A stretch of 61,106 bases of DNA, counting the filler. It is 3 parts of 3 records of this genome, joined end to end, with 100 filler letters (N's around TTAATTAATTAA, not from the genome) between each part and the next. Parts side by side here need not be neighbours in the genome. Positions count along the whole stretch, not along the records: positions 1 to 26,721 come from DRR378314_432; 2 more parts are not named here. One strand, given 5' to 3'. The position numbers and the translations under genes are program-made. Below the pieces are notes generated by a model. The model was not told the DNA's origin and searched no databases. It saw only the letters and a list, made by a program, of their open reading frames with translations. This document shows, piece by piece, positions 9,705 through 19,059 of the stretch; within the stretch, counting starts at the first letter, position 1; each line of letters begins with the position of its first letter.

Positions 9705-10205
9705 ATGTCGCACGAGCCCAGAACTCTGGATGAATGGAAATCCACCTTGCTGGCGGCGTTTGGATTGGTCCTGGCCAGCTTTCTTGCCTGGTACGGCCTG
9801 TCGCGCCTGAACGAGAGTACTGCAGGCGATACAATCGGGACCACAGCGTCAGTCGGATTGGTGATCTGGATGGTGTCGCAGTCATACTACTATGTGACTC
9901 AGGTGAAATCCCCGCGCCGGATGCTGTTTCTGATGGGGGTTTCTTTTATTCAGGTCGTTCCATTCCTGTTTGCCGCCGTTTACGGGGCTTTCGGGTACGA
10001 AGATCGTTGTGTCGTCGGGGCTAACGGCCCGGCGGATATCCTGTATTTCTCATACGTCACCTTTACGACCGTCGGCTATGGGGACATGTCTCCAATAGGC
10101 TTGTGCCGCGGGTTGGCGGTGGCCGAGGCGGTGACGGGTTATATCCTGCTGGGCATGTTCGTCGCGGCTGCGGTGGCGCTCTATGCGCGCAATCACGGTA
10201 AATAG
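9705..10205 (+). CDS. Small potassium channel family protein (Ion_trans_2 pore)
   Basis: YFSYVTFTTVGYGD selectivity filter flanked by TM helices. Confidence 0.85.
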   Translation: MSHEPRTLDEWKSTLLAAFGLVLASFLAWYGLSRLNESTAGDTIGTTASVGLVIWMVSQSYYYVTQVKSPRRMLFLMGVSFIQVVPFLFAAVYGAFGYEDRCVVGANGPADILYFSYVTFTTVGYGDMSPIGLCRGLAVAEAVTGYILLGMFVAAAVALYARNHGK

Positions 10206-10211
10206 ACCGGT

Positions 10212-10541
10212 CTATTTGTTTTGATCAATCCAGCGCGACATCATTTGCTTGTCGCGGAAACACTCGGACGGGATCGGACGGCGTTTACTGCGCGAGATGC
10301 GCTCGGCAAAGGCGACCTGCTTGCCGGTTGGGTAGTTTGCAAAGGGCGACGGATCCTGCGGTTTATGGGCTGATATCCAGTCTGACAGGGATTTGCGGTC
10401 ATGCCGTGCCTCGACCGGAATCTCAAGCGCGGTTTGCTGCGCAATGGCGCGGGCATAGCGCATCTGCCGGTCGGTGACGGGCAGCAGGTGATAGTCGTTT
10501 GATGGGTCGCCATAGGCGGATTTTCGTATGTTCTGGGCCAT
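10212..10541 (-). CDS. Small hypothetical protein with two tandem ~45-50 aa repeats
   Basis: RBS AGAGGA; repeats PVTDRQMRYARAIA..IP..DRKSLSDWI and PTGKQVAFAERIS..IP..DKQMMSRWI. Confidence 0.8.
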   Translation of the reverse strand: MAQNIRKSAYGDPSNDYHLLPVTDRQMRYARAIAQQTALEIPVEARHDRKSLSDWISAHKPQDPSPFANYPTGKQVAFAERISRSKRRPIPSECFRDKQMMSRWIDQNK

Positions 10542-10563
10542 CGGTTGATCCTCTGACTATGTA

Positions 10564-10578
10564 GAACATAAATAGAAC
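10564..10578 (-). promoter_or_regulatory. Alphaproteobacterial LexA (SOS) box
   Basis: GAAC-ATAAATA-GAAC, an exact match to GAAC-N7-GAAC/GTTC-N7-GTTC, about 22 bp upstream of the ATG at 10541. Confidence 0.75.
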
Positions 10579-10638
10579 ATTAACCTTTTATTTCAAGAGA
10601 AGCCCGCTGAGTTCGGCAATAAACTGCTAACACTCAGA

Positions 10639-10660
10639 TTATTGACTGGCCAGTCAATAA
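10639..10660. promoter_or_regulatory. BetI-type operator (perfect 22-bp palindrome) upstream of betB
   Basis: TTATTGACTGGCCAGTCAATAA with ATTGA-N8-TCAAT core typical of BetI sites, 70 bp upstream of betB. Confidence 0.75.
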
Positions 10661-10730
10661 AATATAAACCGGCCCGCACCGCACAGTGTTCCCTTGGCAA
10701 GCGGGGATTTCGGAACAGAAAGGACTCGGC

Positions 10731-12185
10731 ATGAAGTTTCAGCCAAAGGCCAGCCACTTTATCAACGGCGAATATGTTGAAGACACGAATGGCGCACCTA
10801 TCGACGTAATCTACCCAGCGACTGGCGAAGTCATCGCGCGACTGCATTCTGCTACGCCAGCAATCGTCGAAAAGGCTCTAAACAGCGCCAAAACAGCTCA
10901 AGCGGCCTGGGCCGCCATGTCGGGGACCGAACGGGGCCGGGTATTGCGGCGCGCCGCCGACATCATGCGCGAACGTAACCGTGAGCTTTCAATCATCGAA
11001 ACACATGACACGGGTAAACCTTTGCAGGAAACGCTGGTATCCGATGCGACCAGCGGCGCGGATGCGCTGGAATATTTCGGTGGTCTGGCCGCGTCGCTAA
11101 CAGGTGAGCATATACCCTTGGGCGGCGGTGATTTCGTTTATACCATCCGCGAGGCACTGGGCGTCTGCGTGGGCATCGGCGCGTGGAACTACCCGACGCA
11201 GATCGCGTGCTGGAAGGGTGCGCCCGCGTTGGCTTGTGGAAATACGATGGTCTTCAAACCGTCCGAGACCACTCCGCTATCGGCATTGCAGGTAGCCGAG
11301 ATCCTGATCGAGGCCGGGGCGCCCAAAGGCGTTTACAATGTGATTCAGGGTTACGGAGACGTCGGCGCCAGCCTGGTCACTGACCGGCGTGTGGCCAAAG
11401 TCTCGTTGACAGGCTCGGTTCCAACGGGTCGCAAAGTGTATGCGGCCGCGGCTGATGGCATGAAACATGTCACCATGGAGTTGGGCGGCAAGTCCCCGAT
11501 GATCGTGTTCGACGATGCAAATATCGAAAACGCCGTGTCGGGTGCAATTTTGGGCAATTTCTATTCCTCGGGGCAGGTGTGCTCCAACGGCACGCGGGTG
11601 TTTGTCCAAAAGGGCATCAAGAAAGCGTTCCTAGCACGCTTGTCCGAACGCCTCGCCGCTGCGAAGATCGGCGATCCGATGGATGAGGAAGTAAACTTTG
11701 GCCCGATGGTCAGCGAAAACCAGATGAATATCGCGCTTGGCTATGTCGAAAAAGGCACGGACGAAGGCGCACGATTGATTTATGGCGGCGAACAAGTCGA
11801 AAGTGATGGTTTCTACATGCAGCCCACGGTCTTTGCCGACGTCAGTGATGACATGGCAATCGCGCGCGAAGAGATTTTTGGACCGGTGATGTCGGTTCTC
11901 GATTTCGATACTGAAGAAGAGGTTCTGGCCCGCGCCAACGATACCGAGTTCGGTCTGGCTGCTGGTGTCTTTACCAACGATTTGACCCGCGCACACCGCA
12001 TTGTGGCTGGATTCGAGGCAGGGACTTGTTACATCAATACCTACAATCTCGCTCCGGTCGAGGCACCATTCGGTGGATCAAAAATGTCTGGCGTAGGGCG
12101 CGAGAATTCGAAACTTGCAATTAATCACTTCAGTGAGATGAAAACCGTCTATGTCTCGATGAATGATGTCGATGCGCCTTACTGA
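10731..12185 (+). CDS. betB: Betaine aldehyde dehydrogenase
   Basis: [40 protein letters not shown]; start moved to ATG 10731 after RBS AAAGGA. Confidence 0.9.
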   Translation: MKFQPKASHFINGEYVEDTNGAPIDVIYPATGEVIARLHSATPAIVEKALNSAKTAQAAWAAMSGTERGRVLRRAADIMRERNRELSIIETHDTGKPLQETLVSDATSGADALEYFGGLAASLTGEHIPLGGGDFVYTIREALGVCVGIGAWNYPTQIACWKGAPALACGNTMVFKPSETTPLSALQVAEILIEAGAPKGVYNVIQGYGDVGASLVTDRRVAKVSLTGSVPTGRKVYAAAADGMKHVTMELGGKSPMIVFDDANIENAVSGAILGNFYSSGQVCSNGTRVFVQKGIKKAFLARLSERLAAAKIGDPMDEEVNFGPMVSENQMNIALGYVEKGTDEGARLIYGGEQVESDGFYMQPTVFADVSDDMAIAREEIFGPVMSVLDFDTEEEVLARANDTEFGLAAGVFTNDLTRAHRIVAGFEAGTCYINTYNLAPVEAPFGGSKMSGVGRENSKLAINHFSEMKTVYVSMNDVDAPY

Positions 12186-12335
12186 TTAAAACCCACGCAC
12201 TGGTGGTTGTGATCGGCGGTTGTTCGATCTTCAACTATCTGCACAGGCGGGTTGCTAGCCTGGCACTGACCTTTGTTGGATAGGCCTTGCTTGACGCCGT
12301 TGATTTCTGGGCGTGGCAGGGCTGCGGGTGACTTC
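12185..12335 (+). pseudogene. Decayed 5' remnant of a GcvT-family FAD oxidoreductase (dimethylglycine/sarcosine dehydrogenase-like)
   Basis: Frameshifted pieces [19 protein letters not shown] / AQAGC* / LLDRPCLT / WQ-AAGDF track the family N-terminus MKTHARVVVIGGGVVGCS.LYHLA..GW..V.LLER..LT.GSTWHAAG; ATT overlaps the betB TGA (TGATT, as expected from a mutated TGATG). Confidence 0.65.
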
Positions 12336-12731
12336 AGCATCTAATAAGCGGCTCACGGTGCATAACCTTTCTGGGTCGATATTGACCGGGTCGGGCCAAT
12401 CGATAAGAAACCCTCAATCACTACCGTCGCTGGGTCTATGCCTCTATCGACCGAGTCCGGATGTTAACGCTTGGATGTGAACTGTCGCATTCGCAAAGCA
12501 AGTTTTCTGATACCCACGCCACTTAGCCCGACACCGACAAGGAAGGCGGACATAGGCCGAAATCGATACCTTTGTTGGAACAGAGTCCCTTTCAGACGAT
12601 TTCCATGCCTGCGGAATTCGGGAGCTTACCCAGAGCCAGTGGTGGAAATCACCTGCGTTAACCAGCAAAGTAGAACAAAAAAGCTAGTCCACAATGCGTT
12701 GAACCCGGAGGACTCTTTATTCGACTGCCAA

Positions 12732-14879
12732 TCAATTCAAATCACCCTTGTCAACGATCTCAAGCATATTGGCGATCTGTGCCCGCGCGCTGGCGCTTTC
12801 CATTAGCAGTTTATTGGCATTAGCCAAAGGCCTGTCCAATTGCCGATCCACTGGTCGTTCCAATGATACATTGATCCGGGATAGATCGGCGAAAGCAGTC
12901 GAAGACTCCGTACCCACATCATTGGTCCCAGCCAGCCAGGAAAGGCGATCCGCTGCCTCGGTCTTGCCAAGACCCCGGAACAAGTCGGCGGCTGCATCAT
13001 AGTTCTGGGCCTGCATCAAAGCTTGTGCGCGCAATGTCCGAGCCGCTTCTGAGGAATCATTGGCCAATTCCAACAAGGCCTGACGAGGGCGGTCGTTCAA
13101 CATCGCAGTGCGTGCCCGAATCCGCGCACGTTCAGCCGTCTGGGTTTGGTCGTGCGGGCGATTTGTTAGTTCATTGGCCGGGGTCGAGAACCCCAGATCG
13201 ACCAGTCTTTCGGCCAAAGACGTCGCGGTCTCAACTGCCAGAACATCACGTGTTTTGTCTTTCAGCCCCAAGACGTACAGCAGAAAAGTGATGTCATCTG
13301 CCCGCTCTGCAAGGAGGTGCAGAACTTGGTTTCGCGTGCGCTGCCAATCCAGATCGTCCGGCGCGCTTTCGATTTGCCGCAATGCGTCGTCAAACCCCTG
13401 CGACATGGCTAGCGCCAGCACGTGACTGCGTGCCATCATCGGGCCAAGCTCAGACGTTCTGAGTTCACGTGCATACCCTGCCGCCAGATCCAGATCGCCC
13501 GGCGATATTGCCCCTCGGTCGGACCATCTTTTTTCGATCAGCCGCGCCAGAGCCAGAGGTGCCTCCTGTGCAGCGTTCGGCGCTGTTGTGACCTCGACCA
13601 ACAGCGTTTCCGCAGTGTCGGCGTTTCCTGCGGCGTCCGCTATTGTCGCTTTGGCCAGTGTCATATCAGCTGTGTCGGTTGCCAATATTCTGTCGACCGA
13701 GCGCAGGATTCGCCGTGACGCTTCCAGCTTGCCTGCGGCAACCAGCACGTCCGCTAGCACAGGGCCGAGTTGCCGCCTCAGATGCTTGGGAAACCGGCTA
13801 AATGTCTGTTCAATAGCGTTCAATCGTGCATCTGGGTGTAGCTTACCTTCGGTCAGAAGCGCCCACAGCGCAGCAGATCCCTCGCAACTTTGTTGGTCTG
13901 CAAAAGGGCTGGGCTCAGGCAAAACCAGCCCATCCAGGGTAGACGCCATAGCAAAAACACGGCTCTCTTCTACGGTGGCATCCGGCAGCAGATTCAGCAC
14001 CTGAATCGCCTCGACCCCAAAGCCGTGATAGGTGTACAGCTTGGCCAGTTTCAGGGCGCGCGCATGATCAATTCGATCGAATTCCTGAAAAAGCCCTGTT
14101 CGCAATGTAGCCACTTGTACAGCAAATGGATCTGAGCTTGCCCAGGTCTCAAACTCCAGCTCACGATCAGTGATACATTCAGGTCCGGTCTTGAACTGCG
14201 GGAGCGCCAGATTTTCGAGTCCTCGCGCGTTATCCAGAACCGAAGACAGCCGCAGATTGGGCGCTGGTTGGTCTGTTTCTCGCAGAGGGCCAAAACGAGT
14301 GGAGTGTCTGCGCCCAACACCTGCTAGCGAAAGGTCAACAACCTCACGGTCGGCGCTTTGCAAAATCCGGGAAATCAACCGGTCTTCGAAATTCCGCTGG
14401 TTCAGACGTAACAGGGGAAGTGCCAGCTCGGTGGCAGGGATGCCTTCCTGTAGGGGGGCTGGTTTTGCAAACGCAGGCGGCGGCACTGGCACCAGGTTGG
14501 CATTAGGGTCGGCAGGGGGGGTGAATTTACCCGGTGCGATGTCCACGACGACCATGGTTTGTCGATGCAGAAATGCCGTTGCAACACATTCGCAGCCAAA
14601 AGCCATTTGCAATGCCGTACCGAGTTTGGATTGACTCAGCGATTGAAGCCGATCGCCGGACAAGCGATCGAAAACGGCATTGGTATCGAAAGTGACACCT
14701 TCAATAGCGATGTTCAGGTCGGCGCCGTTTTTGCGCGTGGTCAAGGTCCATCCGGTGCCAGCAGGCACCTGTATCACAAGGCGCGTATAGCCCTCATGTT
14801 CGCCCGAGCGAACAGGCAATGTTTGCGCGGATGCGCTGGTACCGATCATGATCAGGATGAGTGTCAGTGCCCGGATCAT
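12732..14879 (-). CDS. Large exported helical/TPR-like protein of the Rhodobacteraceae flagellar motor operon
   Basis: 715 aa, signal peptide, VRSGEHEGYTRLVI N-terminus, helical repeats, 4-nt overlap with motA. Confidence 0.75.
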   Translation of the reverse strand: MIRALTLILIMIGTSASAQTLPVRSGEHEGYTRLVIQVPAGTGWTLTTRKNGADLNIAIEGVTFDTNAVFDRLSGDRLQSLSQSKLGTALQMAFGCECVATAFLHRQTMVVVDIAPGKFTPPADPNANLVPVPPPAFAKPAPLQEGIPATELALPLLRLNQRNFEDRLISRILQSADREVVDLSLAGVGRRHSTRFGPLRETDQPAPNLRLSSVLDNARGLENLALPQFKTGPECITDRELEFETWASSDPFAVQVATLRTGLFQEFDRIDHARALKLAKLYTYHGFGVEAIQVLNLLPDATVEESRVFAMASTLDGLVLPEPSPFADQQSCEGSAALWALLTEGKLHPDARLNAIEQTFSRFPKHLRRQLGPVLADVLVAAGKLEASRRILRSVDRILATDTADMTLAKATIADAAGNADTAETLLVEVTTAPNAAQEAPLALARLIEKRWSDRGAISPGDLDLAAGYARELRTSELGPMMARSHVLALAMSQGFDDALRQIESAPDDLDWQRTRNQVLHLLAERADDITFLLYVLGLKDKTRDVLAVETATSLAERLVDLGFSTPANELTNRPHDQTQTAERARIRARTAMLNDRPRQALLELANDSSEAARTLRAQALMQAQNYDAAADLFRGLGKTEAADRLSWLAGTNDVGTESSTAFADLSRINVSLERPVDRQLDRPLANANKLLMESASARAQIANMLEIVDKGDLN

Positions 14880-15745
14880 GCGGCCGCCTGTTTGATTTCC
14901 TTCAGGGCTTCTTCAAGCTCTGAAAAGCCGGGGCGATTGTGGGTTGGGGTGTTCTGGCGTCCAACTTCGATGCACATGGCCGCGTTGTGGTTGTGCATGT
15001 TTGCGACCAGAACCTCTTTGATCAATTGGTAAAAATGGCTGTCCTCTTCAACCACGGATTTCAGCTTGCCTGCAAAAGGCCCAACCAGACCATAAGCCAG
15101 AAACACGCCCAGAAACGTGCCGACCAATGCACCGCCGATCAGTTTACCCAGCACTTCCGGTGGCTGATCGATCGAGCCCATGGTCTTGATCACGCCCAAA
15201 ACCGCGGCCACGATGCCAAGGGCAGGCAAGCCGTCGGCCACGGTCTGCAATGCATGGCTGGAGTGCATGGCGTGATGGAAATTCGCCTCCATCCGCTTAT
15301 CCAGAACCTCTTCGACTTGGTGCGGATCGTCATAATTCATCGCTGCCGAGCGCATGGTATCGCAAATTAGGTCCACTGCTTCCTTGTCGGATCGAATCTT
15401 GGGGTAAGCAGAAAAAAGTGATGAGCTTTCAGGCTCTTCAATATGTTGTTCCAGCTCGACCGGGTTGGCCCGCGCGATCCGGATCAACGAAAAGAGAAGG
15501 CACAGCAGGTCGCGATAATCTTCGGGCTTCCATTTCGGCCCTTTGAAGACTTTGCCGATGTCTTTTACGGTGTGTTTGACACCACCCATATCGTTGCTGA
15601 TCAGAAAGGCGCCGACGGCGGCCCCTCCGATCATCATCATCTCAAAAGGCAATGATTTCATGATGATGGTCATCTTTCCACCTGCGGCCAGATAGCCGCC
15701 GAACACCATGACAAAGATAGTGGCAATTCCGATGAGTCCGATCAT
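14876..15745 (-). CDS. motA: Flagellar stator protein MotA
   Basis: 4 TM helices, ADGLPALGIVAAVLGV and GGALVGTFLG motifs. Confidence 0.95.
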   Translation of the reverse strand: MIGLIGIATIFVMVFGGYLAAGGKMTIIMKSLPFEMMMIGGAAVGAFLISNDMGGVKHTVKDIGKVFKGPKWKPEDYRDLLCLLFSLIRIARANPVELEQHIEEPESSSLFSAYPKIRSDKEAVDLICDTMRSAAMNYDDPHQVEEVLDKRMEANFHHAMHSSHALQTVADGLPALGIVAAVLGVIKTMGSIDQPPEVLGKLIGGALVGTFLGVFLAYGLVGPFAGKLKSVVEEDSHFYQLIKEVLVANMHNHNAAMCIEVGRQNTPTHNRPGFSELEEALKEIKQAAA

Positions 15746-15791
15746 GAACGATCTCCGGCGTTGGGGTTGGAGAATTGGGTGCCCAAAGGCT

Positions 15792-16385
15792 TCACTCCTG
15801 CGGGGCGTGGGCGTTGCGCCCTGCTATGATGACGCTGATCGTGTAGGCAGCCTCTGGACTGAGACCGGCCATCACATTTGCGGCGGCGTCGGGTGGCATA
15901 CGTGAAAGAAAACCAGCTGCAAAAACCGCATCCATAGTCTCGAACAAGGCTGCGGCATCCTTTGGTTTCATGTTTTGATAAACATTTGTCAGTTGCGTCA
16001 GATCGTTTTCAGCAGCCTTTTCGGCGATAGCAACCGTTTCCCGCAGGGATCCTTCGGCTTCCTGCAATGCTGCCAAACGGGTTTCGATGGCTTGATCGGC
16101 GATTTCCAATGCGCGTTCGCGATCCATGATTGTATTTTCCCGCTGGTTCAGCTCGTCTTCGCGGCGCAGCAATTCGGTAAGTAAAAATTGCAGGTCCGCA
16201 GGATCGGTAACCTTGTGATCTGCACCAGCCAGAGAGGTCGCGGCAGGATCTGCACCGCGCGCGAAGGCAGGCCCAGCCTCAAGCCCGACGCGGATAATGG
16301 CAGAGCCGATCATCAACAGGGAGATGATGGTCAGAACTCCTCCGCGCGTGCGTTGACCAGGCATTTTGGGCCCGCTGCGAATCAT
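15792..16385 (-). CDS. motE: MotE/FlbB-family flagellar protein
   Basis: N-terminal hydrophobic segment, coiled coil, YQNMKPKDAAALF motif; upstream of motA. Confidence 0.75.
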   Translation of the reverse strand: MIRSGPKMPGQRTRGGVLTIISLLMIGSAIIRVGLEAGPAFARGADPAATSLAGADHKVTDPADLQFLLTELLRREDELNQRENTIMDRERALEIADQAIETRLAALQEAEGSLRETVAIAEKAAENDLTQLTNVYQNMKPKDAAALFETMDAVFAAGFLSRMPPDAAANVMAGLSPEAAYTISVIIAGRNAHAPQE

Positions 16386-16846
16386 TGGGCATCTCCAACA
16401 GGCGGTGCTGCATGGCGAAAGAACATCAAACCTTCGGGTTTCTTTTCAATCTGCTTTGGTTCGGACCCTGACGTCTCAGCGATGAGTTCTTCGGCCACCT
16501 CTTCCGCAGACTCCTCCTGCGGAGGTTCCGCAGGCGCTTTACTGTTTGCAGGTTCTTCCTGAACGACGTCGTGCATTGACGCCATCATCAGTTCCAGCCG
16601 CTGAGCGACCGTTTCGGCCCGCTCGGTCAACGCCTGCAGGGCGACCCCGGACTCGTCCGAAGATTGTCGAGCGTCATCAAGGGAATTTCGTAATTCTTCC
16701 GCCTGTGCAGAAAGAACGGAAACCGCGCCGCCCACACCCTTTTCGAGATCGGTAAATCGCCGCAGACGACGCGCAAGAATGAAACAGTACAGTCCCGCCC
16801 CAAGCGCACCTGCGACCAGCAGTATATCAGCAATCAGCTCCACCAT
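16382..16846 (-). CDS. Conserved flagellar-operon membrane protein (N-terminal TM plus coiled coil)
   Basis: LYCFILARRLRRFTDLEKGVGGAV; between fliL and motE. Confidence 0.75.
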   Translation of the reverse strand: MVELIADILLVAGALGAGLYCFILARRLRRFTDLEKGVGGAVSVLSAQAEELRNSLDDARQSSDESGVALQALTERAETVAQRLELMMASMHDVVQEEPANSKAPAEPPQEESAEEVAEELIAETSGSEPKQIEKKPEGLMFFRHAAPPVGDAQ

Positions 16847-16852
16847 CGCCTC

Positions 16853-17350
16853 CTAGTTCAATACGAATTCCATCACCAGAACGTCGCGTACGCGGCCTTC
16901 GCCCACGACAATTCCGATGCGTCGCAACAGGTGTCCACGGATGCGCATCAAGGCCAGCGAATCTTCGAGATCGGTCAGTTCGACCGCGCGCAGATAGCTG
17001 TTCAAAACATCCATGATTCGCGGCTGCATTTTTTCGACATCGGCGACATAGTCCGCATTCACCTCAAGCTGAGCGTGGAATTTCAGATGCCGCGAATCAC
17101 CTGTTTTGACCGAGACGATCACCGGGGGAAGATCGACAAAGGCCACCTCAGGCAGTGCTTTCGCTGGTTTGTCACCGCTTTTCTTTTCAGCCTCTTTCAT
17201 GATTGCCCCCCCACCGAAGGGCAGTAGGCCAGACGCGGTTATGAAATAGCCGCCAACCCCGCCTGCAATGGCCAGAATCAGCCCAAGTAGCAGGCCCTTT
17301 TTTCCTGATTTCTTAGGGGCTTCCGCCTCATCCGCTGTAGCGTCAGTCAT
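16853..17350 (-). CDS. fliL: Flagellar basal body-associated protein FliL
   Basis: Lys-rich N-terminus plus TM, PRIMDVLNSYLR, C-terminal EFVLN; start moved to ATG 17350 after RBS GAGGG. Confidence 0.9.
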   Translation of the reverse strand: MTDATADEAEAPKKSGKKGLLLGLILAIAGGVGGYFITASGLLPFGGGAIMKEAEKKSGDKPAKALPEVAFVDLPPVIVSVKTGDSRHLKFHAQLEVNADYVADVEKMQPRIMDVLNSYLRAVELTDLEDSLALMRIRGHLLRRIGIVVGEGRVRDVLVMEFVLN

Positions 17351-17396
17351 GCCGCCCTCATCAATCCGTTCGACACCTGTCATAACCCCACAGGGA

Positions 17397-17411
17397 CTAA
17401 CCGATTGTTAA
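17397..17411. promoter_or_regulatory. CtrA binding site in the divergent fliL/fliF promoter
   Basis: CTAA-CCGATTG-TTAA, one mismatch to TTAA-N7-TTAA; CtrA controls Rhodobacteraceae flagellar genes. Confidence 0.65.
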
Positions 17412-17469
17412 GGGCAATCGTCCAAACAGGGGCTGAGCCGAGCAGAATGTCGGTGAGTCGGAGGTAAGC

Positions 17470-19059
17470 GTGCAGCAGATCGGAACTGTTTGGGCAAGTT
17501 TGGACAGGCGCAAACAAATTATTGTGGCCGGCGCAGTGGCGCTGGTGTTTCTGGGTGTGCTGGCGATGTCACGTATCGTGACGGCACCTTCCATGACATT
17601 GCTCTATGCGGGGCTCGAAAGTGGGGCGGCAGGCGATATTGTGCGTTCGCTGGATCAGCGCGGCGTTGCGTATGAGATACGTGGCGGCTCGATTTATGTA
17701 GCAGACGCGCAACGGGATGAGTTGCGCATGACACTGGCCAGCGAAGGCCTGCCTGCAAACGGCAATCGTGGGTACGAATTGTTGGATACGCTCAGCGGAT
17801 TCGGTACCACATCACAGATGTTTGACGCCGCCTATTGGCGGGCAAAAGAAGGTGAGCTGGCCCGGACGATCGTGGGCGGCCCATATGTCAGCCAGGCCCG
17901 CGTACATATCGCCAATGGCTCGACCAATCCGTTTCAGCGCAGCGTGGCACCAACTGCTTCGGTTTATCTGGTGCCGTCGGGGGCACAGATTACGGGCGAT
18001 CAGGCGAAAGCAGTTCGGTTTCTGGTGGCATCAGCGATTAGTGGGCTGGCGCCGGAAAATGTCACGGTTATCGATTCGAATGGTGCTGTGATTGGCGCGC
18101 AGGAAACTGCAGCGGCCGCAGACACGGCGGACGACAAAGCGCGTCAATTGCGTGAAAAAGTTCTGCGGCTGGTCGAGGCGCGGGTCGGTGTGGGAAACGC
18201 TGTGGTCGAGGTGAGCGTGGATACGGTAACAGAAACCGAATCCATCCGCGAGCGTCGCTTCGATCCCAAGGGGCGCGTCGCCATCAGCACAGATGTCGAA
18301 GAGCGATCGGATAGCGCGCGCAACCAGTCTGCGGATGTCACCGTAGCTTCCAATCTGCCGGATGGCGACGGATCAGGTGGCGACGAATCCAATTCGAACG
18401 CCACGCAGACCCGCGAACGGGTGAATTACGAGGTATCCGAAACCGAACTTGAGGTGCATCGCGCACCGGGTGCCATCAAGCGCCTGACCGTCGCGGTGCT
18501 GGTCAATGGCGCGCGGATGGCGGACGCCGATGGCGTCGATAGTTTTGAGCCCATGCCGCAGCCTGAACTTGACGCGCTTGAGGAACTTGTTGCCTCGGCC
18601 GTTGGCTTTGATGCAGAGCGCGGGGATGTGATCACACTGAAATCACTTGACCTGCCGGTGGTTGAACCACAAGGCACGTTGGTCTCTGCGTCGATCTGGC
18701 AGAAGATTCATATTGATGTCATGTCACTGATCCAGATGATGGTTTTGGCGCTGGTAGCTCTTGTTTTGGGTCTGTTTGTCATACGGCCTATCCTGACAAA
18801 ATCTGCGGCACCAGCGCTGTTGCCAGCTAGCGCGCCGCTTGAGACGGACCCGGCAACCTACCTCACTGGCGAAATCGCGAACACAGGCGCACAGGACCTC
18901 CCATCGCTTACAGAACCGGCGCAATCGAATGTCCCGGCGATCGTCAGCGCGCCGGGCGAGGATGCCGTTGATCGTCTGCGCGCCATGATTGGCGACAAAC
19001 AGGAAGAAACGGTTGAGATCCTGCGCAGCTGGCTTGAGGAAGGCGAGGGGAAGGTGTGA
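17470..19059 (+). CDS. fliF: Flagellar M-ring protein FliF
   Basis: GYELLD..FGTT, EGELARTI, ARVHIA, IKRLTVAVLVNG motifs, two TM helices. Confidence 0.95.
   Translation: MQQIGTVWASLDRRKQIIVAGAVALVFLGVLAMSRIVTAPSMTLLYAGLESGAAGDIVRSLDQRGVAYEIRGGSIYVADAQRDELRMTLASEGLPANGNRGYELLDTLSGFGTTSQMFDAAYWRAKEGELARTIVGGPYVSQARVHIANGSTNPFQRSVAPTASVYLVPSGAQITGDQAKAVRFLVASAISGLAPENVTVIDSNGAVIGAQETAAAADTADDKARQLREKVLRLVEARVGVGNAVVEVSVDTVTETESIRERRFDPKGRVAISTDVEERSDSARNQSADVTVASNLPDGDGSGGDESNSNATQTRERVNYEVSETELEVHRAPGAIKRLTVAVLVNGARMADADGVDSFEPMPQPELDALEELVASAVGFDAERGDVITLKSLDLPVVEPQGTLVSASIWQKIHIDVMSLIQMMVLALVALVLGLFVIRPILTKSAAPALLPASAPLETDPATYLTGEIANTGAQDLPSLTEPAQSNVPAIVSAPGEDAVDRLRAMIGDKQEETVEILRSWLEEGEGKV

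Noticed and set aside
12673..12687. Possible second LexA box GAAC-N7-CTAG
   Set aside because: The second half does not match GAAC/GTAC, and no gene start follows
12444..12806. ORFs 12444..12668(-) and 12471..12806(+)
   Set aside because: No recognisable motifs or RBS; one overlaps the 715-aa gene; probably chance ORFs in a scar region
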